Positions 11,212 through 21,170 of a DNA stretch of 64,000 nucleotides are shown one piece after another. Below the pieces are notes generated by a model. That model was not told where the DNA came from and did not search any database. It saw only the letters and a program-made list of their open reading frames with translations. The DNA comes from an uncultured Acidimicrobiia bacterium (GTDB taxonomy: Bacteria; Acidobacteriota; Terriglobia; Versatilivoradales; Versatilivoraceae). Numbering within the stretch: the first letter of the stretch is position 1; the number at the start of each line of letters is the position of its first letter. The DNA is taken from positions 1,216,001 through 1,280,000 of the forward strand of contig CAWBAT010000005.1 in assembly GCA_963786955.1 (NCBI GenBank), written 5' to 3'. A program made the position numbers and the translations under genes.

Positions 11212-12054
11212 ATGCCCTGGTTTAAGAAGAGCCAGACTCCCATCGTCCAGATTGGAGACAAAACCGTACGAACGGAAGGACTTTGGACGAAGTGCGATCA
11301 GTGCAAACAGATCATCTGGAAAAAAGATTTGGAAGCCAACCAAAACGTCTGTCCAGGATGCAACTTTCACTTTAAAATCTCGGCACGAGAAAGGTTACGG
11401 CTGTTGTTAGATGGTGCAATTTACAAACAGTTCGACGAACGCCTTGTGTCCAATGACCCTCTCCATTTTGTGGACAAGAAACCCTATAAAAGGCGCCTGG
11501 AAGAGATGGCCCGGGCAACCGGGCTCAAAGATGCTGTCATTTCAGCAGAAGGTAAATTAGGGGGGAAGCCGATTTTCGTTTGCGCGATGGAAGCCGCCTT
11601 TATCAGCGGATCGATGGGATCTGTCGTCGGGGAAGTCATCACTCGGGCGATCGAGCGATCCATCGAAAAAAAATATCCTCTGATCATTGTGGCTTGCTCT
11701 GGAGGCGCAAGGATGCAGGAAGGCGCATTGAGCCTTATGCAAATGGCGAAAATTAGCTCAGCTTTGGCCCGCTTAGACGATGTCAAAGTGCCTTATATCT
11801 CGGTGCTTACGGATCCGACAACCGGAGGAGTCACGGCCAGTTTTGCTATGTTGGGGGATATCATTATCGCTGAACCTGGAGCGCTCATTGGATTTGCGGG
11901 ACCTCGGGTGATTGAGCAGACCATCCGACAAAAACTACCGGAAGGTTTCCAGCGCAGCGAGTTCCTTCTAAATCACGGGATGATCGATGCTATTGTGAAT
12001 CGAAAAGACCTGAAGGAGTATCTGATAAAATCCCTTAGATTCTTCGGCCATTAA
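11212..12054 (+). CDS. accD: Acetyl-CoA carboxylase carboxyltransferase beta subunit
   Basis: Zn finger KCDQC...CPGC; GSMGSVVGE, SGGARMQEG, PTTGGVTASFA motifs. Confidence 0.97.
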   Translation: MPWFKKSQTPIVQIGDKTVRTEGLWTKCDQCKQIIWKKDLEANQNVCPGCNFHFKISARERLRLLLDGAIYKQFDERLVSNDPLHFVDKKPYKRRLEEMARATGLKDAVISAEGKLGGKPIFVCAMEAAFISGSMGSVVGEVITRAIERSIEKKYPLIIVACSGGARMQEGALSLMQMAKISSALARLDDVKVPYISVLTDPTTGGVTASFAMLGDIIIAEPGALIGFAGPRVIEQTIRQKLPEGFQRSEFLLNHGMIDAIVNRKDLKEYLIKSLRFFGH

Positions 12055-12121
12055 TTTTCTTGCTCTTCTTACCCACCCATTCTGCGGATGTATTCAAAGG
12101 AAGGAGTGGGTTTTTTCGTTT

Positions 12122-13477
12122 ATGGACTCAGCGGATGCCATTCGTTACCTGTACTCCCTAGGGAACGAAGTTTTGACTGCCAAGCTCGGTCTTTACAACA
12201 TCTCAACCCTCCTGAGCTCCTTGGGTTCTCCACAAAAAAACTTTCAATCCATTCTCATTGCAGGGACGAACGGTAAAGGATCGGTTGCTGCCTTTATTTC
12301 GACCGTGCTGTGCCAAGCTGGTTACACGACCGGACTATATACCTCGCCCCATCTGCACACGATTGAAGAACGCATTCAAGTCAATGGGAACTCGATTCCG
12401 TCAGCTGAATTCTCAAGGATCACTGGGGTTGTCAAAAATGAGGTCGAGAAACTCTTGAACCCTATAGTTAATCGGTACGAGCAGCCAGGCTTGGACCGGC
12501 ACCCCACCTACTTCGAAATAGTAACGGCTATTGCACTACGGTACTTTGCCGAGCAGAAAATTCAAGTGGCTGTTTTGGAAGTGGGAATGGGAGGCCGCTT
12601 GGATGCGACCAATGTAGTTGATCCTGTCGTCGGCGTGATCACGAATGTTAGCCTGGACCATCAACGCTACTTGGGAAAAACCCTTGAAGAGATCGCTTTT
12701 GAGAAAGCAGGAATTATTAAACCCAGAACCTATACCAAGGACCAACCCCTGCCTGTTGTTTACTGCACATCAGTACCCGAAGTTGTTGATGTGCTGAAAA
12801 AGCAAAGTCTAGCCGCTGGAGCCACCCTCTTTCCCGTTGTGGGATCTTATCAGTTCAAGTCCAAGGCGGATGCTCTGGGTCGGTACAAGCTATCTGTAGA
12901 TTGCGAATTTGGCAAAGGGATTGAGATCAATGTGCTTTTACCTGGGGAACATCAAGTCCTGAATGCATTGACTGCGATCAAAGTGTCTGAGGTTTTGTAC
13001 TCTGCAGGATTTCAAATTACCAAAGAACAATTGCAGCAGGGGATTGGCCGGACTTGTTGGCCTGGGAGGATGGAGATCATCGGAATGGCCCCCATGGTTC
13101 TCTTAGACGGCGCCCACAATCCGGCGGGCGCTTCTTGTGTGAAAGAATACGTCCAGAAATTTCTGATCGGAAAACAAATCGTCCTGGTTTTTGCAGCCAT
13201 GCAAGATAAGGACTTCAAGGAGATGGGGAAAATTCTCTTTCCACTCGGAAAGGACATCGTCTTGTCGAGAATCTCAATGGAACGCGCGGCGGATCCTTTT
13301 GAGATCGCAGAAGAGCTCCCAGAGTTTAAGGATCGCTATCACTACACCGAAAATCCCGAAAGTGCATTACAATTAGCCCGGCGTCTCGCAGGCCCGAAGG
13401 ACGTTATTCTCGTGGTGGGCTCCTTGTTCTTGGTCGGAGAAGTCCGCCTTCTACTGAAGAATGCCTCTGCCGCCTAG
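12122..13477 (+). CDS. folC: Folylpolyglutamate synthase / dihydrofolate synthase
   Basis: AGTNGKGS, YTSPHL, EVGMGGRLDATN, LDGAHNP motifs; accD-folC synteny. Confidence 0.96.
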   Translation: MDSADAIRYLYSLGNEVLTAKLGLYNISTLLSSLGSPQKNFQSILIAGTNGKGSVAAFISTVLCQAGYTTGLYTSPHLHTIEERIQVNGNSIPSAEFSRITGVVKNEVEKLLNPIVNRYEQPGLDRHPTYFEIVTAIALRYFAEQKIQVAVLEVGMGGRLDATNVVDPVVGVITNVSLDHQRYLGKTLEEIAFEKAGIIKPRTYTKDQPLPVVYCTSVPEVVDVLKKQSLAAGATLFPVVGSYQFKSKADALGRYKLSVDCEFGKGIEINVLLPGEHQVLNALTAIKVSEVLYSAGFQITKEQLQQGIGRTCWPGRMEIIGMAPMVLLDGAHNPAGASCVKEYVQKFLIGKQIVLVFAAMQDKDFKEMGKILFPLGKDIVLSRISMERAADPFEIAEELPEFKDRYHYTENPESALQLARRLAGPKDVILVVGSLFLVGEVRLLLKNASAA

Positions 13478-13636
13478 CGATGTTAGAGCTAGAATTCTAC
13501 TGACTCTGCCTGACATTCATCATTAAAGGCTTGGACTCGATTCGAGCTTCAATTCAATTTCTTTTGTACGAACCCCGATTGGGTGGTTTCCCACAAGCTG
13601 CAACATCGTACCTTTAATTGAAAAAGGAGCCTGAAA

Positions 13637-14380
13637 TTGTCCTACAGACCCTTGATTGGAATCTCTTGCCGGATGGACGTCGGGGGAGATCGTTTTTATT
13701 TGAGGAAACAATACAGCGAAGCGATTGCTCATGCCGGAGGGTCCCCATTGCTCATCCCTCTGATCCCGGACAAGGCTTTTGCTGACGAGTTAACGACACA
13801 TCTTGACGGCATCGTCCTCTCGGGCAGCAATAGTGATGTGGATCCGAATCGCTACAAACAGGAGCCCCACCCAAAGATCGGATCCGTCTTGACACGACGC
13901 GATCAAACCGACTGGTTATTACTCGAAGGTGTTTTTAAGAAAAAGAAACCATTACTGGCGATCTGTTTTGGCATCCAAATTCTCAATGTTTATCTCGGCG
14001 GCACTCTCTGGCAAGACATCCCATCCCAAGTCAAAGACGCTGTGAAACATGATCAGTCGTCTTCGGAAGATTACCACTCGCATTCGCTTCGCATTAAGCC
14101 CGGGTCCCTCCTCGATTCGTTGGCGGGGGTCCAGAAAATCAAAGTCAATAGTTACCACCATCAAGCCATTCGCGAACTATCGCCAAAGCTCATATCCGTT
14201 GCCAGTTCCCCGGATGGGATCGTAGAAGCAGTCGAGCTTCGGACAGGTAGGCAATTTTTGTTGGGCGTGCAATGGCATCCGGAGATTGGCTGGGAAACCG
14301 ATGATCTTTCTCAGAAGATCTTTCGTTGCTTTGTCGCCGCCGCAAAAAATTCTGTTCAAGGAAGGAAGAGAAATGCGTGA
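13637..14380 (+). CDS. Gamma-glutamyl-gamma-aminobutyrate hydrolase family (peptidase C26) glutamine amidotransferase
   Basis: AICFGIQ nucleophile motif, VNSYHHQA, GVQWHPE. Confidence 0.9.
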   Translation: MSYRPLIGISCRMDVGGDRFYLRKQYSEAIAHAGGSPLLIPLIPDKAFADELTTHLDGIVLSGSNSDVDPNRYKQEPHPKIGSVLTRRDQTDWLLLEGVFKKKKPLLAICFGIQILNVYLGGTLWQDIPSQVKDAVKHDQSSSEDYHSHSLRIKPGSLLDSLAGVQKIKVNSYHHQAIRELSPKLISVASSPDGIVEAVELRTGRQFLLGVQWHPEIGWETDDLSQKIFRCFVAAAKNSVQGRKRNA

Positions 14381-15532
14381 TCTGCAGAAGGAAGACAGAC
14401 TTGCGATTTTTTCCCTTTCTGCCGGTCATTTCATCAGTGATGCTTATTCCAATTTTCTCGGCCCGTTGCTCCCACTGCTTGTCCTGAAGCTAAAACTCTC
14501 GATCGCCCAAGCAGGCTGGTTGGCAGCCATGCAGGTGATCTCCTCGTCATTGACACAACCGGCTTATGGATACCTTTCAGACCGCTATCTCAAGCGCCTT
14601 TTTGCAGTCTTCAGTCCACTCGTAACGGTCGTCTTCATGTCGTTCCTGGGGGTGGCCCCGAATTACCTTACCCTGGCTCTGCTGTTGCTTTGTGGAGGAG
14701 TCGGGATTGCCTCGTTTCATCCTCAAAGTGCAGCTCTCGCCTCCTCGGCCAGTAGGCACCGCAAAGGGTTGGGGATGTCTATTTTTGTGACTTCGGGAAC
14801 GATCGGGTATTCACTGGGCCCGGTGATCATTACTTCCGCGGTTGCTACCTTTGGACTCGAGCGGTCTTATTGGGTCATGGTTCCGGGAGTTGCTCGTCTT
14901 CTTCCTGCTCTACTTCTCCGTTCCTACAACGCCGCACTCGACCAAGGTCAGAGAAAATGTGAATCTGAAAAAGGCGATAAAGGCGGTTTGGTATCCGCTT
15001 CTTATCCTCTTCCTTTTAGTGGTTATTCGTTCCGCCCTTCAAGTCTGTTTTGTGAACTTTCTGCCTCTTTACTTTTCTCAGAAAGGGGCAACACCAACAA
15101 TGGCCGGCAAGATCACGACCCTTTTCTTGTTTTTTGGCGCGGTAGGAGGTTTTTGTGGAGGAGCCAGTTGCAGACAGGTTAGGCGGGAAAAACGTCATTT
15201 CTTGGTCCATGTTTCTTTCAACCCCACTGCTCTTGGCCTTTCTGCTGAATAGCGGGAGCCTCTCCTATGTCTTCTTGGCGGCCGCAGGACTGGCTTTACT
15301 CTCTACTTTGCCGGTGAATGTTGTCATGGCTCAAAATCTGATGCCGCAGAGCTCCAGCGTTGTTTCTTCATTGATGATGGGGCTTGCCTGGGGGACAGGG
15401 GGAATGGTCGTCCCGATTATCGGAATCATTGCTGATGTGGCGGGTTTAGCTCGTGCCCTGATGGTAGTCTCCCTCCTCCCGATCTTGGGTTTCGCCTTGG
15501 TGCAGTTTTTGCCTACACGCTATATGGAATAA
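14373..15532 (+). CDS. MFS transporter (Fsr-like); two frameshifts (~14890, ~15165)
   Basis: GHFISDAY, QPAYGYLSDR, FHPQ motifs; hydrophobic helices continue across ORFs 14286-15182, 14842-15252 and 15155-15532. Confidence 0.85.
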
Positions 15533-16833
15533 TCCACGTCTTCCGGGGCCGGCAAGGTTTTATTGGGCTCAAGAAGCATTCCAGCACCCACTGTCGCGTT
15601 ACTCCGTTCATCGATCACAATGAACCCGCCCAGTTGACGATTGCGGTAATAATCATCGAATGCGATCGGGGTGGCGGTGCGCAGATTGACCTTGCCAATT
15701 TCATTTAATCCGAGGGTGGAGGCGCTTTCTTCTTCGAGAGTCTCAATGTTCACTCGGAATTGGAGATTAGTGAATGCTACTTTTGTGGAATTGGCAGTGT
15801 GCTTGATCCAATACCGTTTTCCCATTTGCATGGGTGCTTCATGCATCCAACAGAGAAACGCTTCGGCTTCTTTCGCAACGATCGGCAGATCATCGACTGG
15901 AGCGATCAGATCACCTCTTGAGATATCGATATCATCATTCAGCAAAATGGCTACCGACATCGGGGCTCGAGCCACTTTGATTGTTTTTCCCATCAATTCA
16001 ATGGATCTAATTCGAGAACATTTCCCTGAAGGCAGCACCATCACCTTTTCACCGACTCGGAACACCCCGCTGGCGATTTGTCCGGCATAAGCTCGATAAT
16101 CCCGGTACTCTTCCGATTGCGGACGGATAATCCACTGAACCGGGAAGCGTGCGTCCCTCAAATTCCAGTCACTTGCAATATAGACATCTTCCAGAAAACC
16201 GAGCAGCGGCTCGCCCCTGAACCAAGGCATGTTTTCGGAACGCTCGACCACATTGTCTCCCTGGAGAGCGCTCAACGGAATACATGAAATATGTTTGATG
16301 GAAAGTTGGGTTGAAAAAGCGGTGAAGTCAAGCCGGATACTTTCAAAGACTTCTTCTGAATAGTCGACCAGATCCATCTTGTTGACACAGAGTACGAGAT
16401 GCGGGATACCCAGAAGTGAAGCGAGATAGCTGTGACGTCTGGTTTGTTCAACCACTCCTTTGCGTGCGTCCACAAGAATTAAAGCCAGCGTGACATTCGA
16501 TGCCCCCGTGACCATATTTCTCGTATATTGAATATGGCCTGGCGTGTCAGCGACAATAAATCGTCGCTTTGGCGTCGCAAAGTAACGGTAGGCTACATCG
16601 ATCGTAATCCCCTGCTCCCGCTCTGCTTTGAGTCCGTCGGTCAAATTTGCAAGGTTTACATCGGCCTCTCCTCGCATGACACGGGTACGTTCAAGTGCTG
16701 CCAGTTGATCCTCGAAGATGGATTTCGAGTCCTGGAGGAGTCGTCCAATGAGCGTACTCTTCCCATCATCCACGCTTCCGCAGGTGGAAAAACGAAGCAA
16801 TTCAATTTCCTTTTTTAGTTTTCTCTCTGGCAT
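15520..16833 (-). CDS. cysN: Sulfate adenylyltransferase large subunit (no fused CysC domain)
   Basis: CGSVDDGKSTLIGRLL, EREQGITIDVAYRYF, DTPGHIQYTRNM, NKMD. Confidence 0.96.
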   Translation of the reverse strand: MPERKLKKEIELLRFSTCGSVDDGKSTLIGRLLQDSKSIFEDQLAALERTRVMRGEADVNLANLTDGLKAEREQGITIDVAYRYFATPKRRFIVADTPGHIQYTRNMVTGASNVTLALILVDARKGVVEQTRRHSYLASLLGIPHLVLCVNKMDLVDYSEEVFESIRLDFTAFSTQLSIKHISCIPLSALQGDNVVERSENMPWFRGEPLLGFLEDVYIASDWNLRDARFPVQWIIRPQSEEYRDYRAYAGQIASGVFRVGEKVMVLPSGKCSRIRSIELMGKTIKVARAPMSVAILLNDDIDISRGDLIAPVDDLPIVAKEAEAFLCWMHEAPMQMGKRYWIKHTANSTKVAFTNLQFRVNIETLEEESASTLGLNEIGKVNLRTATPIAFDDYYRNRQLGGFIVIDERSNATVGAGMLLEPNKTLPAPEDVDYSI

Positions 16834-16835
16834 CC

Positions 16836-17742
16836 CTAGAAGTACCCCTCGCGTTTTCTGTCCTCCATGGCACTCTCCGAACGCCGATCGTCTGCCCTGG
16901 CTCCTCGCTCGGTAACCCGAAACGCGGAGATTTCCTGGATGATCTCTTGCACCGTTCTCGATTGAGACTCGATAGCCGCAGTACAAACGACATCTCCGAC
17001 CGTTCGGAATCGGACGGATTTACGTTCGATTCGTTCGCCCTTTCGAAGCGGTAACAGTTCGGACTGACTCATCCACATCCCTTCACGCAGGAAGACGTCA
17101 CGTTCATGGGCAAAATAGATCTCTGGAATTTCAAGATTCTCTTCCTGGATATACTGCCAGATGTCCATCTCGGTCCAGTTAGAGAGCGGAAACACCCGGA
17201 TATGCTGTCCTGGAGAAATCTTGGCATTATAAAGATTCCACAATTCAGGACGTTGATTCCGCGGGTCCCATTGGCCAAATTCGTCGCGAAACGAAAAAAT
17301 ACGTTCCTTAGCTCTGGCTTTTTCCTCATCGCGCCGAGCTCCTCCAAAGGCTGCGTCAAATTTGAAATCTTCAATGGCGCTGAGTAGGGTTGGAATCTGC
17401 AGCCAGTTTCGGCTCTTATCGGGTCCCACGGGCTCGGCGGCAAGCCCAGCTCTGATGGCATCATCAACAGATCGAACAATAAGACGCTCACCGAGTTGTC
17501 GCGATTTTCCGATCTCTGAATTCAATGACTTCGGGGAAATTATGTCCTGTGTCGATATGCAGCAAGGGAAATGGAAAATGCGCTGGCCTGAAGGCTTTTT
17601 CGGCCAGCCTTAACATGCATATCGAATCTTTCCCTCCAGAAAAGAGCAAGACCGGCCGCTCGAATTCGGCTGCCACTTCGCGCATGATGTGAATGGCCTC
17701 GGCTTCCAGCACATCCAAATGAGATAATAAATAACTATCCAT
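16836..17742 (-). CDS. cysD: Sulfate adenylyltransferase small subunit; frameshift ~17510
   Basis: LLFSGGKDS and HIDTGHNF in the first frame; [15 protein letters not shown]...[10 protein letters not shown] in the second. Confidence 0.95.
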
Positions 17743-17929
17743 TGCTGAATCTCTATGAAAGTCAAGAATTCGGCTCGAGCTCTTTAAGCCCGGGTCCCCC
17801 TATAGTCAGTGCCGGTTAGGCAAGCTGAGCATGGTTGTCCTTCCGCAACTGACGCAAGGATGGCCTGAATGTTTCTTCACTATTCAACTTGACGTTTTCC
17901 TGCCTATTCAATCGCGTCGAACCGCAACC

Positions 17930-18020
17930 CATGGGATGTGTTCAGCCTGAAAAGGCTGAACACATTTTAGCCGGGGGGAACGCGCCGGGCTCCGGAGTTA
18001 AGGGGCCTTTCAGGTCGTTG
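17930..18020. repeat. Palindromic REP/MITE-like element between cysH and cysD
   Basis: Hairpin GTGTTCAGCC-TGAAA-AGGCTGAACAC (~17938-17963) followed by GC-rich partial palindromes and CCTTTCAGG. Confidence 0.45.
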
Positions 18021-18137
18021 GTTCGTTGCTGGCACCAACCTCTTTAACCTAGGAATAGCGAAAATTTGCAAACTCGAAGGCCGTCATTCGCCAGTTTGCG
18101 GAACGACGGCCTCACCCCAGAATTCTGCAATCCAAAA

Positions 18138-18866
18138 CTAAGTCCGGAGCTGTTTGTCATCCTTCCGATGCAGCCCGCATTCCTTATGTTCAGGCTCTTC
18201 CCACCACCAGCGCCCGGCCCGGAGGCCTTCGCCAGGTTTGACCGCTCGAGTGCAGCAAGAACAACCAATACTTAAGAAGCCCTGATCGTGAAGGGGATTG
18301 TAAGGAACATGGTGTTCTTTCACAAACGTTTGAATATCCTGTTCAGTCCAATTCCAGAGAGGGTTGAACTTTACAAGCTCGTTAGCGGCATCCCACTCAA
18401 CAACGTCAACCTGCTGGCGTGTCAGGGCCTGTCCGCGCCGCAGGCCGCAAACCCAGGCATCTAGTTTCCCGAGTGCCCGCTTCAGGGGGTGTAATTTTCT
18501 AACCGAGCAACATAGCTTCCGTTTATCGATGCTCTGATAAAAGAGATTGATCCCATGGTCTCGCACCATCGATTCCACTTCATTTGACTCTGGGGCATAG
18601 ACTTCTATCCGAATCCCGTAACGAGATTCTGTTTTCTCTATGAGATCGTATGTTTCTGAGAAGAGCCGGCCCGTATCCAAGGTAAAAATTCTCATTAATG
18701 GGGCAACATCGGCAATTAAGTGGGTTAGAATCTGGTCTTCAATTCCTAGAGAAGAAGCAAAAGCCACCTTGGGGCCGAATCGGTCCTGAATTCGCGACAA
18801 GACCTCTGGGGCACTTCGGGAAGCTAGTTCCTTAGATAACTCCTGAAGCTGCGAATCATTTGACAT
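18138..18866 (-). CDS. cysH: Adenylylsulfate (APS) / PAPS reductase, Fe-S type
   Basis: LDTGRLF, CC...RK, SIGCSCCT, RAGRWWWE, KECGLH. Confidence 0.95.
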   Translation of the reverse strand: MSNDSQLQELSKELASRSAPEVLSRIQDRFGPKVAFASSLGIEDQILTHLIADVAPLMRIFTLDTGRLFSETYDLIEKTESRYGIRIEVYAPESNEVESMVRDHGINLFYQSIDKRKLCCSVRKLHPLKRALGKLDAWVCGLRRGQALTRQQVDVVEWDAANELVKFNPLWNWTEQDIQTFVKEHHVPYNPLHDQGFLSIGCSCCTRAVKPGEGLRAGRWWWEEPEHKECGLHRKDDKQLRT

Positions 18867-18890
18867 TTCAGGCACCATTCTTTGATTCTT

Positions 18891-19046
18891 ATTAAACATG
18901 ACTAAACCAATAAACTTAATCAATATATAATCTTAATTGTCTCTGGTCAACCCAAATTAGGTGTCACGTGACTGTCCCAATTTCAGTTGACGCAGATCCA
19001 TTGAAAGGATATATTGGCAATCTTGATATCATTAGTCATGTTACTC
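18891..19046. promoter_or_regulatory. Two oppositely oriented candidate Rrf2-family operator sites in the divergent cysH/rrf2 promoter
   Basis: AACATGACTAA (18895-18905) and its exact reverse complement TTAGTCATGTT (19032-19042), each within an IscR-like imperfect palindrome. Confidence 0.55.
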
Positions 19047-19057
19047 ATTTATTTACT

Positions 19058-19495
19058 ATGAGATTATCTACCAAAGGTGAGTACGGTTTGCTGGCCGTTA
19101 TTGATCTGGCGCTGAATTACGGCCATGGACCCATCCAGAGTCTGCAAATTGCAGAACGACAGCAAATTCCAAAACAATATCTAGATCAGCTCATGCTCCT
19201 TCTCAGGAAGGGAGGCTTGGTCGAAAGTTCAAGAGGACGACAAGGAGGCTATCAGTTGGCCCGTCCTCCGAAGGAGATTACTCTTTTTGATATTGTCACG
19301 GCATTAGAGGGTCCCGTTGAGAACATTAACTTTTTAGAAAAGACCCCTCACAAGCGAACTCCAGCAAGGGAAGTTTTCAAAGATATCTGGAGTGATTTGT
19401 ATTCCAACACAATCCAGATTTTGCGTTCGAAAACCATTGAAGAGTTCAGCGAACGTCACCGGAAGCTGGAGAAGGAAATCATGTACTACATATAG
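19058..19495 (+). CDS. Rrf2 family transcriptional regulator (CymR-like)
   Basis: MRLSTKGEYGL...YLDQL...SSRGRQGGYQLAR; no Fe-S cysteines; directly upstream of cysK. Confidence 0.9.
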   Translation: MRLSTKGEYGLLAVIDLALNYGHGPIQSLQIAERQQIPKQYLDQLMLLLRKGGLVESSRGRQGGYQLARPPKEITLFDIVTALEGPVENINFLEKTPHKRTPAREVFKDIWSDLYSNTIQILRSKTIEEFSERHRKLEKEIMYYI

Positions 19496-19504
19496 GAGAA
19501 AATC

Positions 19505-20458
19505 ATGGCGAAAATTGCAAACAGTGTTCTGGATTTGATGGGAAACACTCCATTGGTTCGTTTAAACAAAGTCACCGCCGGTGCCTATGCCACGGTTCTG
19601 GTGAAACTGGAATCGCATAATCCCGCAGGAAGCGTGAAAGACCGGATCGGCATTAGCATGATCCAGGAAGCAGAAAAGAGCGGCCAGATCAGCAAAAACA
19701 CTGTGATCATCGAGCCCACAAGTGGTAATACCGGGATTGCTTTGGCGTTTGTTTGTGCCGTAAAAGGCTACAAGTTGATTTTGACAATGCCGGACACGAT
19801 GAGCCTGGAGAGAAGGACTCTTCTGAGGGCTTTTGGAGCAGAACTCGTGCTCACTCCAGGGTCCGAAGGGATGAAAGGGGCGATCCGAACGGCCGAAGAG
19901 CTTGCCCAGAAGACCCCCAATTCCTGGATTCCGCAGCAATTCAAGAACCCCGCCAACCCGAAGATCCATCGTGAAACGACAGCGGAAGAAATCTGGAATG
20001 ACACGGACGGTCAGGTCGACATCTTCGTCAGCGGAGTCGGGACCGGCGGAACGATTACAGGAGTTGGAGAAATCATCAAAGCGCGCAAGCCGAGCTTCCG
20101 GGTTGTTGCCGTGGAACCGGTCGATTCACCCGTTCTCTCGGGAGGAAAGCCCGGGCCGCATAAGATACAGGGGATTGGCGCCGGATTCATTCCTGATATT
20201 TTGAACACCAAAGTGATCGACGAGGTCATCCAGGTGACTAATGACCAAGCCATTCAAACAGCCCGCCGACTCATCAAAGAAGAAGGTTTACTGGTTGGGA
20301 TTTCTTCAGGAGCAGCGGCCTATGCGGCACTTCAGCTGGCCAACAAAAAAGAAAACGCCGGGAAAACGATCGTAACGATTCTGCCCAGCACCGGAGAGCG
20401 ATATTTGAGTACGGTCCTCTTCGCCGATTTGGCCAATCCTGCTCCGGCTTCACTCTAG
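19505..20458 (+). CDS. cysK: Cysteine synthase A
   Basis: [14 protein letters not shown]-lysine motif, [29 protein letters not shown]. Confidence 0.97.
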   Translation: MAKIANSVLDLMGNTPLVRLNKVTAGAYATVLVKLESHNPAGSVKDRIGISMIQEAEKSGQISKNTVIIEPTSGNTGIALAFVCAVKGYKLILTMPDTMSLERRTLLRAFGAELVLTPGSEGMKGAIRTAEELAQKTPNSWIPQQFKNPANPKIHRETTAEEIWNDTDGQVDIFVSGVGTGGTITGVGEIIKARKPSFRVVAVEPVDSPVLSGGKPGPHKIQGIGAGFIPDILNTKVIDEVIQVTNDQAIQTARRLIKEEGLLVGISSGAAAYAALQLANKKENAGKTIVTILPSTGERYLSTVLFADLANPAPASL

Positions 20459-21170
20459 CTTCTTTCGATCCGATGCCAACGAGGGATTCTAATGGGCCCC
20501 TGCTTCGGGACTTTTAAAGGGTAGGGCGCGCTTGCCGAGTGCCCCGTCAGTCAGCGGTTTCAGCGCCCCCTATCAAGTTACCTATTTGGACAGTTTCTGA
20601 ATATCCTACATCTTTCTCCGTCGGCAAAGAACTCAGCCAATCTTCACTCGGGGAAAAGATTTCATCCCAAAATCAGAGTGCGTCAACCATCCAGCGCAAG
20701 CAAAAAGTGTCCGGTTCAGCAACCAGCCCGGGCAGTGTTATTAGGCGAGAGTAGGATCAAGCACCGCAAGCTCATGCTAGATGATAGCGCGCACATTATT
20801 CCTACCATCTCGGTCCCTCTGTCCTCGCAGCCTGTTTCCCTGTGTCTGGACGGGGCAGGGATCATGTCTGGGATAGGTTTGCCACGGGTGTCACAATGGT
20901 GACGGGAGGAAATTCCCGCAACCACCTTTTGAGAACCGGTCTATTGCTGTTCTTCCGAACCAGAGGCCCGAAACCCAGAAATGCCGCTCCTTTAAGCCGA
21001 TCGCTCAGATACCTCTCCTTCCCTTGCCATCCTTCCGATCGATTTGATTGCGGCTAGAACGTTCGTCTACCCCGCCGAAAACGGTAAGGCTGGTCTAATC
21101 CGCAGCGACACCTGTTTGGACCCGCTGCCTATTGCTACCAACAAGCCTGGTGACTGCTGCGGGAATTCGA

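Noticed and set aside
20460-21170. Short ORFs or an ncRNA between cysK and the Fn3 protein
   Set aside because: No recognisable motifs; only a REP-like hairpin near 20521
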